Source: Nemertoderma westbladi
Taxonomy: Eukaryota > Animalia > Xenacoelomorpha
Assembly (NCBI GenBank): GCA_032718475.1
Contig: JAUCBJ010007676.1
Location: 1-54,975 of the forward strand
DNA: 54,975 nt
Direction: 5' to 3'
Part shown: positions 29,461-40,960 of the stretch, in pieces
Layout: each line of letters begins with the position of its first letter
How positions within the stretch are numbered: the stretch's first letter is position 1
Notes under the pieces: model-generated
Database searches by the model: none
What the model was told of the DNA's origin: nothing
The model's input: only the letters and a program-made list of their open reading frames with translations
Position numbers and translations under genes: made by a program

Positions 29461-29720
29461 TTTAGTCGATTAAGATATCGCGGCACCCACCGATATACTT
29501 GAAAGACAAATTCTAGAATCAGTGGTTAACGTCCCCAGACAAGTTCTGGAATAAATCGGTGCCTATCTTAAATATTAATTTAATATTTATTAAAATCTGT
29601 AAAATTCAGATCCTTTAAAATTTCTAGTCAATTAAGATATCGCAGCGCTTACCGATACTCTTAAAAGACAATTTTATAGAATTAAGGATCCTAGGTCCCC
29701 AGACATGCTCTGGAATAAAA
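29461..29720. repeat. Diverged direct duplication (period about 162 bp) between pol and ORF3
   Basis: TAGTC(G/A)ATTAAGATATCGC...GTCCCCAGACA...CTGGAATAAA occurs twice. Confidence 0.8.
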
Positions 29721-30454
29721 TTGTGTCAATTTTACCATCAAATAATAAAATTCACGGGAATAAATTTAAATTCATATCTTAAATGAATTTCATAAATTGT
29801 CATTTTGTGCAATTTATAACATTCCCAAAATTCCATTAATTAATAGATCATGGGAGCGGAGATTCATCCTATTGAGTGTATTAGAGTGCGAGAATCTCCG
29901 ACATATAGGCAATAGCCGATAAAATTAATAAAATCATGTATAAAGAGGATATTGACAATTAAAGAATTACTATTAAATAGCATTCCAGATCTGTATGCAT
30001 GAGAATTACCCTAATTCTACCGCTAGCTTTCCATAATGTCACCATAGCAACACCCACGCTAGAATTAGAAGCAAGTTAAAAGAACAATAGACGGCACTGA
30101 CTAACGGACAAATGGCCTGTATGTGTACAATTGGTGACAGTTGTGTTGGAATTTGTGCGTTTATAGGTGAATGTTACTGCTAAAGTATGTTTACAGTAGC
30201 TAGTCGCAATTGTAAAAGTAGCCCAACTCTCCTATAGAAAGAACCTAAAGTGGATCCAAGCCTTTGGGACGGACAGTGGAGTGACTTGTGCCGGTTATCG
30301 TTGTCGTGCTGTTGCTACATGTTGGCGTAAACACCGCGACGACGGTACATCGGCGCTGAGAATCCCACTGTCCGGGGGCAACGAGAGGTAGGCAGCGACG
30401 CCCGCTAGCCTAAACATAAACTCATTTCGATATTAATAAACTCAGATAGCATAT

Positions 30455-31938
30455 ATGACGGAGTTGATAGAAGATGATCTTGGTATCAGGGAGCGATATA
30501 CTCTACCTTTACAAGCATTTGTGGATAGCTTAATACGCGGTGAAGCCGATCCAACCATTACGGAGGACGATGGTCGTTATATTGAACCGCCGATGTCCCA
30601 AGAGCAACTTACGCGTGAATTGGACTATCGAAAATTCACCGCTCGCTATACGCATCGTAATGGTACGTATATGGACTTCCTAACTACCGGCCATCCTATC
30701 GATTTACATGATACGGACGATGTAGACAACGAAAGGGAAATGGTTCTATTTAAATATCATACCCAGCGGAGTCGTAACGATAAACCGAGAATAGATCACG
30801 AAAATTCTATTCGTAACAGACTGGAAAGAGAAAACGTTGAAGAACCGGATAAACGCATCGACTTCAACGACTAACTAGAATTTTTGAGAGAAACCTATCT
30901 CAACATCGCCAGTCAGCAGAACCTAGAGACTCGATATCCTCAAGGTATACATCATGACCCTATTGTAGAACTCAAACGGCTCTATTTCACTATGATGTAT
31001 CTTACCGCCGATCGTCCACTACCTTTTATCCCGTATAGTTTTGAACAAATGGAAGAATATTGCAAAACTGGAGAACAATCACCCGCGTTTCCTTGTTTTA
31101 TTGCGCATATTGCAGACTCAATAACTTGCATATTTTTGCAGTTTGCCCTCAATTTATGACTCAATGTCACCATTGTCAACTAAAGGGACACGCCAGTTTT
31201 GATTGCCCTTTTAATCACGATTTGGAAAGCGTAGATGAAATGATCACACTACGTTACATCAGAGCTTGGGAAGCGAACGCTGATTTACATTGTGATTCGC
31301 GCCATCGCTATTATCCTGGACGCGCTTACGAAGGAGTTTATGCGTTCCATCCTTATCTATTCGCTTCTGTCGAACAGAAATCACGCATATCGAGTTACGA
31401 ACTACTGAAGCGCGTCGGAGAATGTATTTCAACCAAATTCGTACGCAAATTTCTCAGGAGTGTTAATCCTAGCGACCTTCATTCCTATAACCTAATCAAT
31501 TTTATCCATCAGGATCCGGACTATGGAGACTTATTTGTTAACTCACACCCCGAGTTACAGGAAGTATATCGACGGCCTTACGAATACCGAGCCCGCGAAC
31601 GCTAGTTAGAAAGAACCATTAAACCCAGGAAGTTTCTGACTGCCTATGGTCCACCCACGGCTCTCGTTCAGACCACTCGTAAAGGACCCGTAAGAGCGGC
31701 CGTCCTAAAACGCGCTCTCAAGGCCGTTAGACCCCTCTCCCCCGACGTTGATGTCAATCAACCCGGCACTTCGACTGGCGGATACACCGACCATAATCCT
31801 ACACCCTCTGATGCAATCATATTGCACCCTTCACCCAGGAGTTATAGCCCTCCTTGTAAAGTGGCTCGCCCCAAAGAGAAAAAGACTCTGGCCAGCTTTA
31901 AAAAACTGCGTAAACGCCGTCCACGCAAGAAAGAGTAA
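30455..31938 (+). pseudogene. Accessory ORF3 of the BEL/Pao element: ~490-aa protein with twin zinc knuckles and a basic C-terminal tail
   Basis: ORFs 30455-30874 and 30884-31159 share a frame (one TAA between them); a frameshift near 31095 joins 31060-31605; after one TAG the frame stays open to TAA 31938. Motifs CAYCRLNNLHIFAVC-x6-CHHCQLKGHASFDC and KKLRKRRPRKK. Confidence 0.75.
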
Positions 31939-32015
31939 CCGTTTAGAGTATTTACGTATATTAGAAACTGTGATTTTGTATATTTATAGACTTGAATCCC
32001 ATTTTCTGGGAGCGG

Positions 32016-33212
32016 TGTAAAAGCTTTTGCGGATATAATCAGTCCCCTTGCCCGCAAAGTACCGTGTGGGTGTTTTAACGGACATAAAAGTTGTTTTTCT
32101 ATATGTGTGCTTTGGCGGACATGGCAAGACACAAAACCCACAATGCGTCAAATCCTCTAGCACAGTGTAGCCTTGATGATTCAGATTACGACATCTAACA
32201 GCTGGTTGCTGGCATGGAAACGGCCGTTGGACACATGGTTCTTTGTTCAGCTTAACAGCCAATCAGAGTGATTTTTAGACGTGGAGATATTCTACAGATC
32301 ATACTAGGCGTGTTCAGTCTTACGGTTTCAGTGTTACTGTTTTGTTGTTTCTATCTGGGCCAAGAAGTTAATTTGGAGTCAATTTGTTTCAGACTTTAGA
32401 AGAAACATTAGTAGGCTTAGATTATAGAACGTATAACTGTTATCAGTTCAATCAGTCTCACAGCGGTACAGTCTTACCGTGTTATAGTTTTCATATCATA
32501 TCTTAACCCACCGTCTTAATGCTATTTACTGTTGTCATTATTTGTATCAGTTGGTTGAATATTATTACTTGGAGAACATCGATAAATAACCCAAATTTCC
32601 CAATTTTCTTGATACACTACAGGTTAGAGAGACAGGTTACATATAGCGATTGCGACTTATATTATCGTGGTTTGTAGTGAATTTAATGCTATTTGATAGG
32701 CACTACATGAGTCAATTGCTGTTCTCTTAATGTATGATAAAATTCATTGACGGTCGGCAGATTAGTGTGCAGTATTGTGCGTTACCGGTAGTGTGCATGA
32801 TTGTGGCTGATAACTGAGCATTTCCTAAAGAATGCGCCTCATACGTGAATCATAAGCCTTACCGTCTTACCGTTGTGTTTAGTATAAGTCATATCTCTGT
32901 TTACCTAGATAGAGCGCCACGTCCTAAAGGAACTGTTAATATTTCCCGAAAGTGAATAATATTGGTCAGAAATTATTTATTAACGATCAATCGAATAATA
33001 CAGTAAGCTTACACTGCAATAAAAATCTAAGCCCTCCGAATCCAGTCTCCCGGGTATATCCAGCGGGTGAATGGACGCGCACTAGGCTGGCTTCGGCTAA
33101 TGTTGTGTTTATTGGTATTAAATACTTGTCATATGCTAAAGTATATTTATAAACCAAAAGATATATAAATTTTGGCAGGTTAAACTGCTAAAGGTCTTCA
33201 AAAGCGCGTACA
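32016..33212 (+). repeat. 3' LTR (1197 bp)
   Basis: TGTAAAAGC...GCGCGTACA; matches the reconstructed 5' LTR with few substitutions and indels. Confidence 0.96.
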
Positions 33213-33730
33213 ATGGGCGAATAACTATGAATCAGTATTGTGGGTGGTCTCCTGTCTACATTCCTCCGATGTTCCCGTTCATTGCCGTGGCCCGCTGTCT
33301 AGCCTGCCATTCTGTCCCTCAGTTGGGTTCACCGTGGTGATACATGATAAAAAAGGGCAGATAGCGATAATTCTGACTTTATTACAGATAACCAACAAAT
33401 TATATATTAATACAAACAGTGTAATCTGGTATAACTGTGTAACTAATGAATAATCTGGTATACAATATAGTCAAGAAGTGAGATAACTAATGAACAAAAC
33501 CACACCTTTTATAGAAAATTTGTGCCGCTAACAATCGAGATAAATCTAGATTGTTCTATGAGTTCCATTAGGTTTTTAAAGATAATCATTGGTCCAGCAT
33601 ACATATAACTTGCACGACATTGGTTACTGTCAAATAACTACAATCGCATTGGTTAATCTATCTTGAGCAAATGCAATTAAATCGTAGCGGTCAATTCAAA
33701 TGAGTTGAAATTTAGCACAAAAAATATTTC

Positions 33731-33800
33731 GCACCTGCTAGGATTTGAACTCGATACCTACTAAACGATTTTCTAACGCATAACCGACTGAGCTAGGGCT
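33731..33800 (-). mobile_element. tRNA-derived SINE head or tRNA pseudogene
   Basis: Minus strand has A box TAGCTCAGTCGG and B box GAGTTCAAATCC at tRNA-like spacing; no convincing acceptor or anticodon stem. Confidence 0.65.
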
Positions 33801-35011
33801 GGGGCAAGATAGCCTGATCGGAGGGGGGAAGAAAAAATGATAACAAAGGAGGAAAAAAAGGGGCAAGAGAAAAGGGGAAAAGAAAGGAAAGGAGAAAAGG
33901 AAAATAAGGAAAGGGAAAGAAAAAGTCAAGAAAGTTAGAGATCTTAGTTTACAAGTATCACTATCTCAACCTCGTGTATGTCTGTCTGATTGTCTGACGG
34001 TCTGTCGTCAGTCGGTCTAATCTTTGCTCTCAAATAAATGAGGCAGTTTCTGGCGTCGCACAATTTCCTGGTCCGCCACTAGGTGGGGCTAAATATATTG
34101 TTATCTAGGCTTACTAACTCACTCTTGTGCGGCGCGAAGGCCCACCCCACGCCCACGTGTTGCGTTAAAAAAGATAATAAAGACGAAAGGGAAGGAAAAT
34201 AAAAAAGAGGGTTTGAAATTAAGGGAAAATATAAATTTGAATTTTACATATTTCTTTGCTTTTAATAATTAGTAGATAAATATTTATTGATTAAATAAAT
34301 CCACTCATTACACAAATGAACTGCAGTGAAACGTTTATGTAATTAAAACAATGTACCAAAATGGCACAAAAAGAGGTATACCGTTATACAAATATACATA
34401 CCATTATATTGAAATCATATTAGCTATTATAATAAATTGAGCTATTATAAAATCGTAGGTCTTTTCTAAAATACAGAATATTATTATATTGTAATATAAT
34501 AAAAACTATTTACATTACGGTAAAATTGTACATCGGTAAAATTGTAATATAATAAATGATAAACGGTACTTTAGGCCTAAAGTTATGGGATCAAAAACTG
34601 AGAAGTTATGGGTTCAAACACTGTAAAGTTATGTTATCAAACGCTGTAAAGTTACGTACAGATTCCTACTCCCACTCGGGCTGTTAGCAAGTGCTATGAA
34701 CTTGTCGCGGTAAAACTTCAATCCTTTAAAATGGTGAGATTTCAACATTGTTTAAAGACCAATAAGTAGCTATTAAATGACAGTGGAATACCACAAAAGA
34801 CCAGATAACTGAATATAATATCATTATATATATTATATATATATAATATAATATCATTTATGTTACATTGATGACTCACTGCTGAGTCTGCTGTGATAAG
34901 TCAAATGTATACAGAGTAAAGCAGGCCTTGACCAATAAGGCCAATAATCAATCCTTGAACTGGTGGCATCTACTACTAGCACAAGTAAACCACATATCCA
35001 CGTAAACCACA

Positions 35012-37216
35012 TGTATCGTTCTAGAACTTATTATTTATTTCTACAGAATGAATAAGCACATAAATAATTTTATCGTTCTAGAACTGATTATTTATTTCTA
35101 CAGAATAAATAAGCACATAAATAATTGTATCGTTCTATAACTGATTATTTATTTCTACAGAATGAATAAGCACATAAATAATTGTATCGTTCTAGAACTG
35201 ATTATTTATTTCTACAGAATGAATAAGCACATAAATAATTGTATCGTTCTAGAACTGATTATTTATTTCTACAGAATGAATAAGCACATAAATAATTGTA
35301 TCGTTCTAGAACTGATTATTTATTTCTACAGAATGAATAAGCACATAAATAATTGTATCGTTCTAGAACTGATTATTTATTTCTACAGAATGAATAAGCA
35401 CATAAATAATTGTATCGTTCTAGAACTGATTATTTATTTCTACAGAATGAATAAGCACATAAATAATTGTATCGTTCTAGAACTTATTATTTATTTCTAC
35501 AGAATGAATAAGCACATAAATAATTGTATCGTTCTGTAACAGATTATTTATTTCTACAGAATGAATAAGCACATAAATAATTGTATCGTTCTAGAACTGA
35601 TTATTTATTTCTACAGAATGAATAAGCACATAAATAATTGTATCGTTCTATAACTTATTATTTATTTCTACAGAATGAATAAGCACATAAATAATTGTAT
35701 CATTCTAGAACTTATTATTTATTTATACAGAATGAATAAGCACATAAATAATTGTATCGTTCTATAACTGATTATTTATTTCTACAGAATGAATAAGCAC
35801 ATAAATAATTGTATCGTTCTAGAACTGATTATTTATTTCTACAGGATGAATAAGCACATAAATAATTGTATCGTTCTAAAACTGACTATTTATTTCTACA
35901 GAATGAATAAGCACATAAATAATTGTATCGTTCTAAAACTGATTATTTATTTCTACAGAATGAATAAGCACATAAATAATTGTATCGTTCTAAAACTGAT
36001 TATTTATTTCTACAGAATGAATAAGCACATAAATAATTGTATCGTTCTAAAACTGATTATTTATTTCTACAGAATGAATAAGCACATAAATAATTGTATC
36101 GTTCTAAAACTGATTATTTATTTCTACAGAATGAATAAGCACATAAATAATTGTAGCGTTCTTAAACTGATTATTTATTTCTACAGAATGAATAAGCACA
36201 TAAATAATTGTATCGTTCTAGAACTGATTATTTATTTCTACAGAATGAATAAGCACATAAATAATTGTATCGTTCTAGAACTGATTATTTATTTCTACAG
36301 AATGAATAAGCACATAAATAATTGTATCGTTCTATAACTGATTATTTATTTCTACAGAATGAATAAGCACATAAATAATTGTATCGTTCTAGAACTTATT
36401 ATTTATTTCTACACAGAATGAATAAGCACATAAATAATTGTATCGTTCTAGAACTGATTATTTATTTCTACAGAATGAATAAGCACATAAATAATTGTAT
36501 CGTTCTAGAACTGACTATTTATTTCTACAGAATGAATAAGCACATAAATAATTGTATCGCTCTATAACTGATTATTTATTTCTACAGAATGAATAAGCAC
36601 ATAAATAATTGTATCGTTCTAGAACTTATTATTTATTTCTACACAGAATGAATAAGCACATAAATAATTGTATCGCTCTATAACTGATTATTTATTTCTA
36701 CAGAATGAATAAGCACATAAATAATTGTATCGTTCTAGAACTGATTATTTATTTCTACAGAATGAATAAGCACATAAATAATTGTATCGTTCTAGAACAT
36801 ATTATTTATTTCTACAGAATGAATAAGCACATAAATAATTGTATCGTTCTAAAACTGATTATTTATTTCTACAGAATGAATAAGCACATAAATAATTGTA
36901 TCGTTCTAGAACTGATTATTTATTTCTACAGAATGAATAAGCACATACATAATTGTATCGTTCTAAAACTGATTATTTATTTCTACAGAATGAATAAACA
37001 CATAAATAATTGTATCGTTCTAGAACTGATTATTTATTTCTACAGAATGAATAAGCACATAAATAATTGTATCGTTCTAGAACTGATTATTTATTTCTAC
37101 AGAATGAATAAGCACATAAATAATTGTATCGTTCTAGAACTTATTATTTATTTCTACAGAATGAATAAGCACATAAATAATTGTATCGTTCTAGAACTGA
37201 TTATTTATTTCTACAG
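35012..37216. repeat. 57-bp AT-rich tandem array (~38 copies)
   Basis: Unit AATGAATAAGCACATAAATAATTGTATCGTTCTAGAACTGATTATTTATTTCTACAG. Confidence 0.97.
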
Positions 37217-37441
37217 GATGAGGAGGGGAACTCATTGTTGGAGACAGAGATGATACATTTGGCCAGCGAATTACTTTACGGTAACCTTGACAACGTAGCC
37301 ACCAACTATCTGGAAGAAAATATAGACGTTACCATGGAGACAGAGAACACGATGAGTGGGTTCAGCGAGGGGGGGTTCTTCTATTCTGGGGAGGATGTTT
37401 CGGATGGACTCGGTGACGGGATATGGGAAACATTTAGTTAG
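37217..37441 (+). CDS. Probable terminal exon of an unidentified gene (acidic 74-aa peptide)
   Basis: Follows TTTATTTCTACAG|G with an abrupt GC rise; reads DEEGNSLLETEMIHLASELLYGNLDNVATNYLEE...GIWETFS*. Upstream exons not identified. Confidence 0.45.
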   Translation, partial: DEEGNSLLETEMIHLASELLYGNLDNVATNYLEENIDVTMETENTMSGFSEGGFFYSGEDVSDGLGDGIWETFS

Positions 37442-37457
37442 CTGGTGGAAAGGGTGA

Positions 37458-37903
37458 CATCTGGGTTCGACTTTACCATTCAGTAGTCGTCTGGTACCAG
37501 CGCATCTGGGTTCGGCTTTACCATTCAGTAGTCGTCTGGTACCAGCGCATCTGGGTTCGGCTTTACCTTTCAGTAGTCGTCTGGTACCAGCGCATCTGGG
37601 TTCGGCTTTACCATTCAGTAGTCGTCTGGTACCAGCGCATCTGGGTTCGGCTTTACCATTCAGTAGTCGTCTGGTACCAGCGCATCTGGGTTCGGCTTTA
37701 CCATTCAGTAGTCGTCTGGTACCAGCGCATCTGGGTTCGGCTTTACCATTCAGTAGTCGTCTGGTACCAGCGCATCTGGGTTCGGCTTTACCATTCAGTA
37801 GTCGTCTGGTACCAGCGCATCTGGGTTCGGCTTTACCATTCAGTAGTCGTCTGGTACCAGCGCATCTGGGTTCGGCTTTACCATTCAGTAGTCGTACCAG
37901 CGC
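37458..37903. repeat. 45-bp tandem array (~10 near-identical copies)
   Basis: Unit CATCTGGGTTCGGCTTTACCATTCAGTAGTCGTCTGGTACCAGCG. Confidence 0.96.
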
Positions 37904-38369
37904 AGTTTTGGGTCTTTATTTTCATTTTGCATATTGAATATGATAAACTTGTGCCAAACCTTGACTATAAATCTTTTGAGAAATATTTTTAATTTATTGG
38001 TTTCATAACTTTCTTATTTCACGCCCCATATTTTCACGTCTATTATATACTGATTTGTATTTAGCTGGTACAGCTGCGTACTTGTTACTAGGCGACAGTA
38101 ATTAATGCCAACAAAGATGTTTAGTTAATTATATAATTCTTAAATAAAGGATTTTTAGGAATACAGTTCAGTAGATCGGTATAAAATAATTTATAGTATA
38201 TCAATAATTTTAGATAATATATGTTTATTTAGCGTCAATATTTATTTTTTTATTTGTAAATAATTATATATTCTGTATATTTGACATTTTCTCTACTCTC
38301 TATTTACATGAATTAATAGTAAATGAATTATTATAATAATTATTTATATTATTCGGTTTATTTCGCCCA

Positions 38370-40960
38370 TGGACCCTTCCTACGGCTTCTTCGTTCTTCC
38401 ATTGTCTCAAAACACTCAGGGTAGTCTACCCCTATTAGAACGCTGACTATCGGCATGTCTACTTTGTGGTGTTTGAGGTCTATTTCTCACAGGTGGTCGT
38501 ATTGTGTTGTTTGTTTCGCTTTTGGTTGGGCTCCACTGATCCCTATGTGATCCATTGTTGCCGTTTCATTGGCTAGAATACTGAAGTTGCCTTTCCCTTC
38601 TATTGCTGATATATTAACGTCAACCAATCGGGAGGAACTTTTTCTATTCTATTTCCTACTATTTCTAAATTCATTATAATTTATTTTCCCTGAAGTCGGA
38701 GTCTATCACTAATTTCTGTCGTGTCGATGACGCCCCCTCGAGTTAATAACGCGTAGGTTGTTATTCCTCGTTTATTTCTATCCGAAATTAATAATACTGG
38801 TACTATTTTTAAGTACACAGTTCGCTTGGTTACTGAAGTACATGTTTCCACTCGTTTCGTAATTGGTTCGCAATAAGTATCTCTGTTCTGTGGGTTTTGC
38901 CGTGATGGTCCGTCTTCCCTTTGCATCTCTCTACTCCAATAATCTCTCCTCTGTTCGTTAACGTAGTCCCGTCTATAGTCACATGAATAATCTCTCATAT
39001 AATCTGAATAATTACTATGTCTGCATTCTAATTGTGTTATTTCTCAAGTTGTTGTTCCCTTTCTCTCTACATCCTTTGGCTAAATGCCCATGCCGGAATA
39101 TATAATCCCAATCATCACTGGGTGAAAACTATTTCCAGGCTATACATTCTCTCAGCGTATGGCTGTCTGTCGTCGGGTGTCGATAGCATCTGACATGAAT
39201 TCGCTTTATTCGGAATGCGCTTGCGGGGTTTTATACTGTTTCTGTTCGCATCTCACTTGTACGACTACTAAAACTGTGGTAACTCTACACGTATTGCTAA
39301 TTCCCTATCTTTTTATTTCTCCTCCTTCTTTGCTTCCTTGGTCTTATTATCACTTGGTAATTATTCTTCTCCATATAGGCCTACACCATGTCCTGGAATA
39401 TAATGTCGTTATTCAGATTCAGGTACCTGCCCCCCCCCCCCCCCCAAAAAAAAAAATTTTTTTTTTCTACAAATCTTAATGAGATTGCATGAAATTTTAA
39501 ACAAAGATAGTTTCACCTCCTTCCTGGGTGAGCCAGAATTTTTATTTTTGCTTTCAATCTTTAGCTACAAGCGTTTAAAAAAGGTGTCTCCAGTTATACT
39601 CCAGTTATTCTTCAACCTTATAGTGATTTGTTGGTACCAATAGGATTCCAAATAGGTAATATAATCTGAATTTCGTTGAAAAATAGCTGAGATATGAACG
39701 TTCAAAGTGAACTCGAAAGGTTTCTTGTCGGGTAATTCCTGCCAGTGGGGCTACATGTTCGTTGATATTCAATGACTGTGGCTGTTTTTCCTGCCGTTGA
39801 TTGCTCTTTTCCAAAATTGGTATTTTCTGGTCCACTTTCCATTCTCCTATGGTTGGATATCTAATTGTGCCAGCTCCTGTTATATTCTGATTAATCTCTT
39901 GTCGTTTCGGAATTGGTGTGCTATGCTACTCATAACTGTTGCTGTATGTCTTTGTTCTTTTCTATGGCTGTAATCTATCCATTCTTCCTGTATCTGATTC
40001 CTATTATAAATCTGCTGTGGTTGCTGATGGGTTTGTTGGTTAATCCTATTTATTTCGAATAATTCTTCATTCTGTGACACTTCTAGGGCTCCCACTGGGT
40101 AGTTTCTTTCACTTGCCACTAAAAGGGCCTCTTGGTTCACCGCCGCTATATAAGGGCTTCTGGTTGTTGGTTATGTTGTTGCTCTCCGTGTGCCATGTTA
40201 TACTACGCTGCGTTATATTGGAGTGCTCTGCTCGAAAAAAAAAAAAAGACTTCTGTGTGTACAACCCGATTACACTCGATCTGGGGTGGTTCTCCCGTTG
40301 GATTCCCATAGAATGCTGGTGGCTCTATCGTCCACTGGAAACATAATTTTCGGCCTGATATGGTCCAACATCCTGGTTAGGTTGCCTTCCCATAGTTTGC
40401 CGCGAGTACTCTGGACGTGTTCCCATTTGTATACATGTATCAGCTTGTGCTGCAGCTGCCATCCAACTAATTATAGAATCATTTACTGTACGTGTACGTA
40501 CCGTTAGAGGGTTTGTTCTACAGTTGACATATGTCCCTCCTACTGTATTGGTGACAACCCTGCTATTGCGTGTACTTTAAATTTTTTGAGTATTCCTAAC
40601 TGTTTATATTATTATGTTCTTTAAAATAATTATTTTGGTGGAATATAATGTGGTCATTAATATTCGTCGCCTTTCCGGTATTGGTCGTTTTTCCAGTTAA
40701 TATGTCTCCACCTGTTAGGTAATTAACCCCAGGTAATAACTCACCGTCTCTTTATATGGGACTATTACCCGGTCTGGTTTATAATATTGGCGCCTCTCTA
40801 GATTTACTTATGATTTTTTTTTAATTTTGGTTGCTGCTAGGAGCGCCATATATTCTTCCCTACACGCTGGCTCTCCCTGTTTTATACATCCCGCATCTGT
40901 TCCTCTAATGCTATTAGTTCTTACCTCTTGACTTCTACTTCCTTACTTCATATTCCTGCT
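38370..40960 (-). pseudogene. Heavily decayed BEL/Pao gag-protease relic (3' part)
   Basis: Minus strand KRTVYLKIVPVLL...ITTYALL...ISDRLRLQGK resembles RKVLLGVVPVKI...VTTLMLVDSG...VAEEIGLK of the 48892 ORF; many stops and frameshifts. Confidence 0.65.

Larger units (their letters stand above)
15480..33212 (+). mobile_element. Full-length BEL/Pao LTR retrotransposon, lightly decayed, with extra ORF3
   Basis: Two near-identical LTRs TGTAAAAG...GCGTACA; flanks ATGGG(G) and ATGGG (5-bp TSD with one extra G on the left); gag-PR-RT-RH-IN order; short purine tract GGGAGCGG before the 3' LTR. Confidence 0.95.

Noticed and set aside
33731-33800. Functional tRNA gene
   Set aside because: A and B boxes are present, but acceptor and anticodon stems do not pair convincingly; a SINE head or pseudogene is more likely.
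35162-37253. Repetitive MNKHINNCIVLELIIYFYR ORFs
   Set aside because: Translations of the 57-bp tandem unit, broken sporadically by stops and 2-bp indels.
37458-37903. Possible CRISPR array
   Set aside because: Head-to-tail identical units with no unique spacers.
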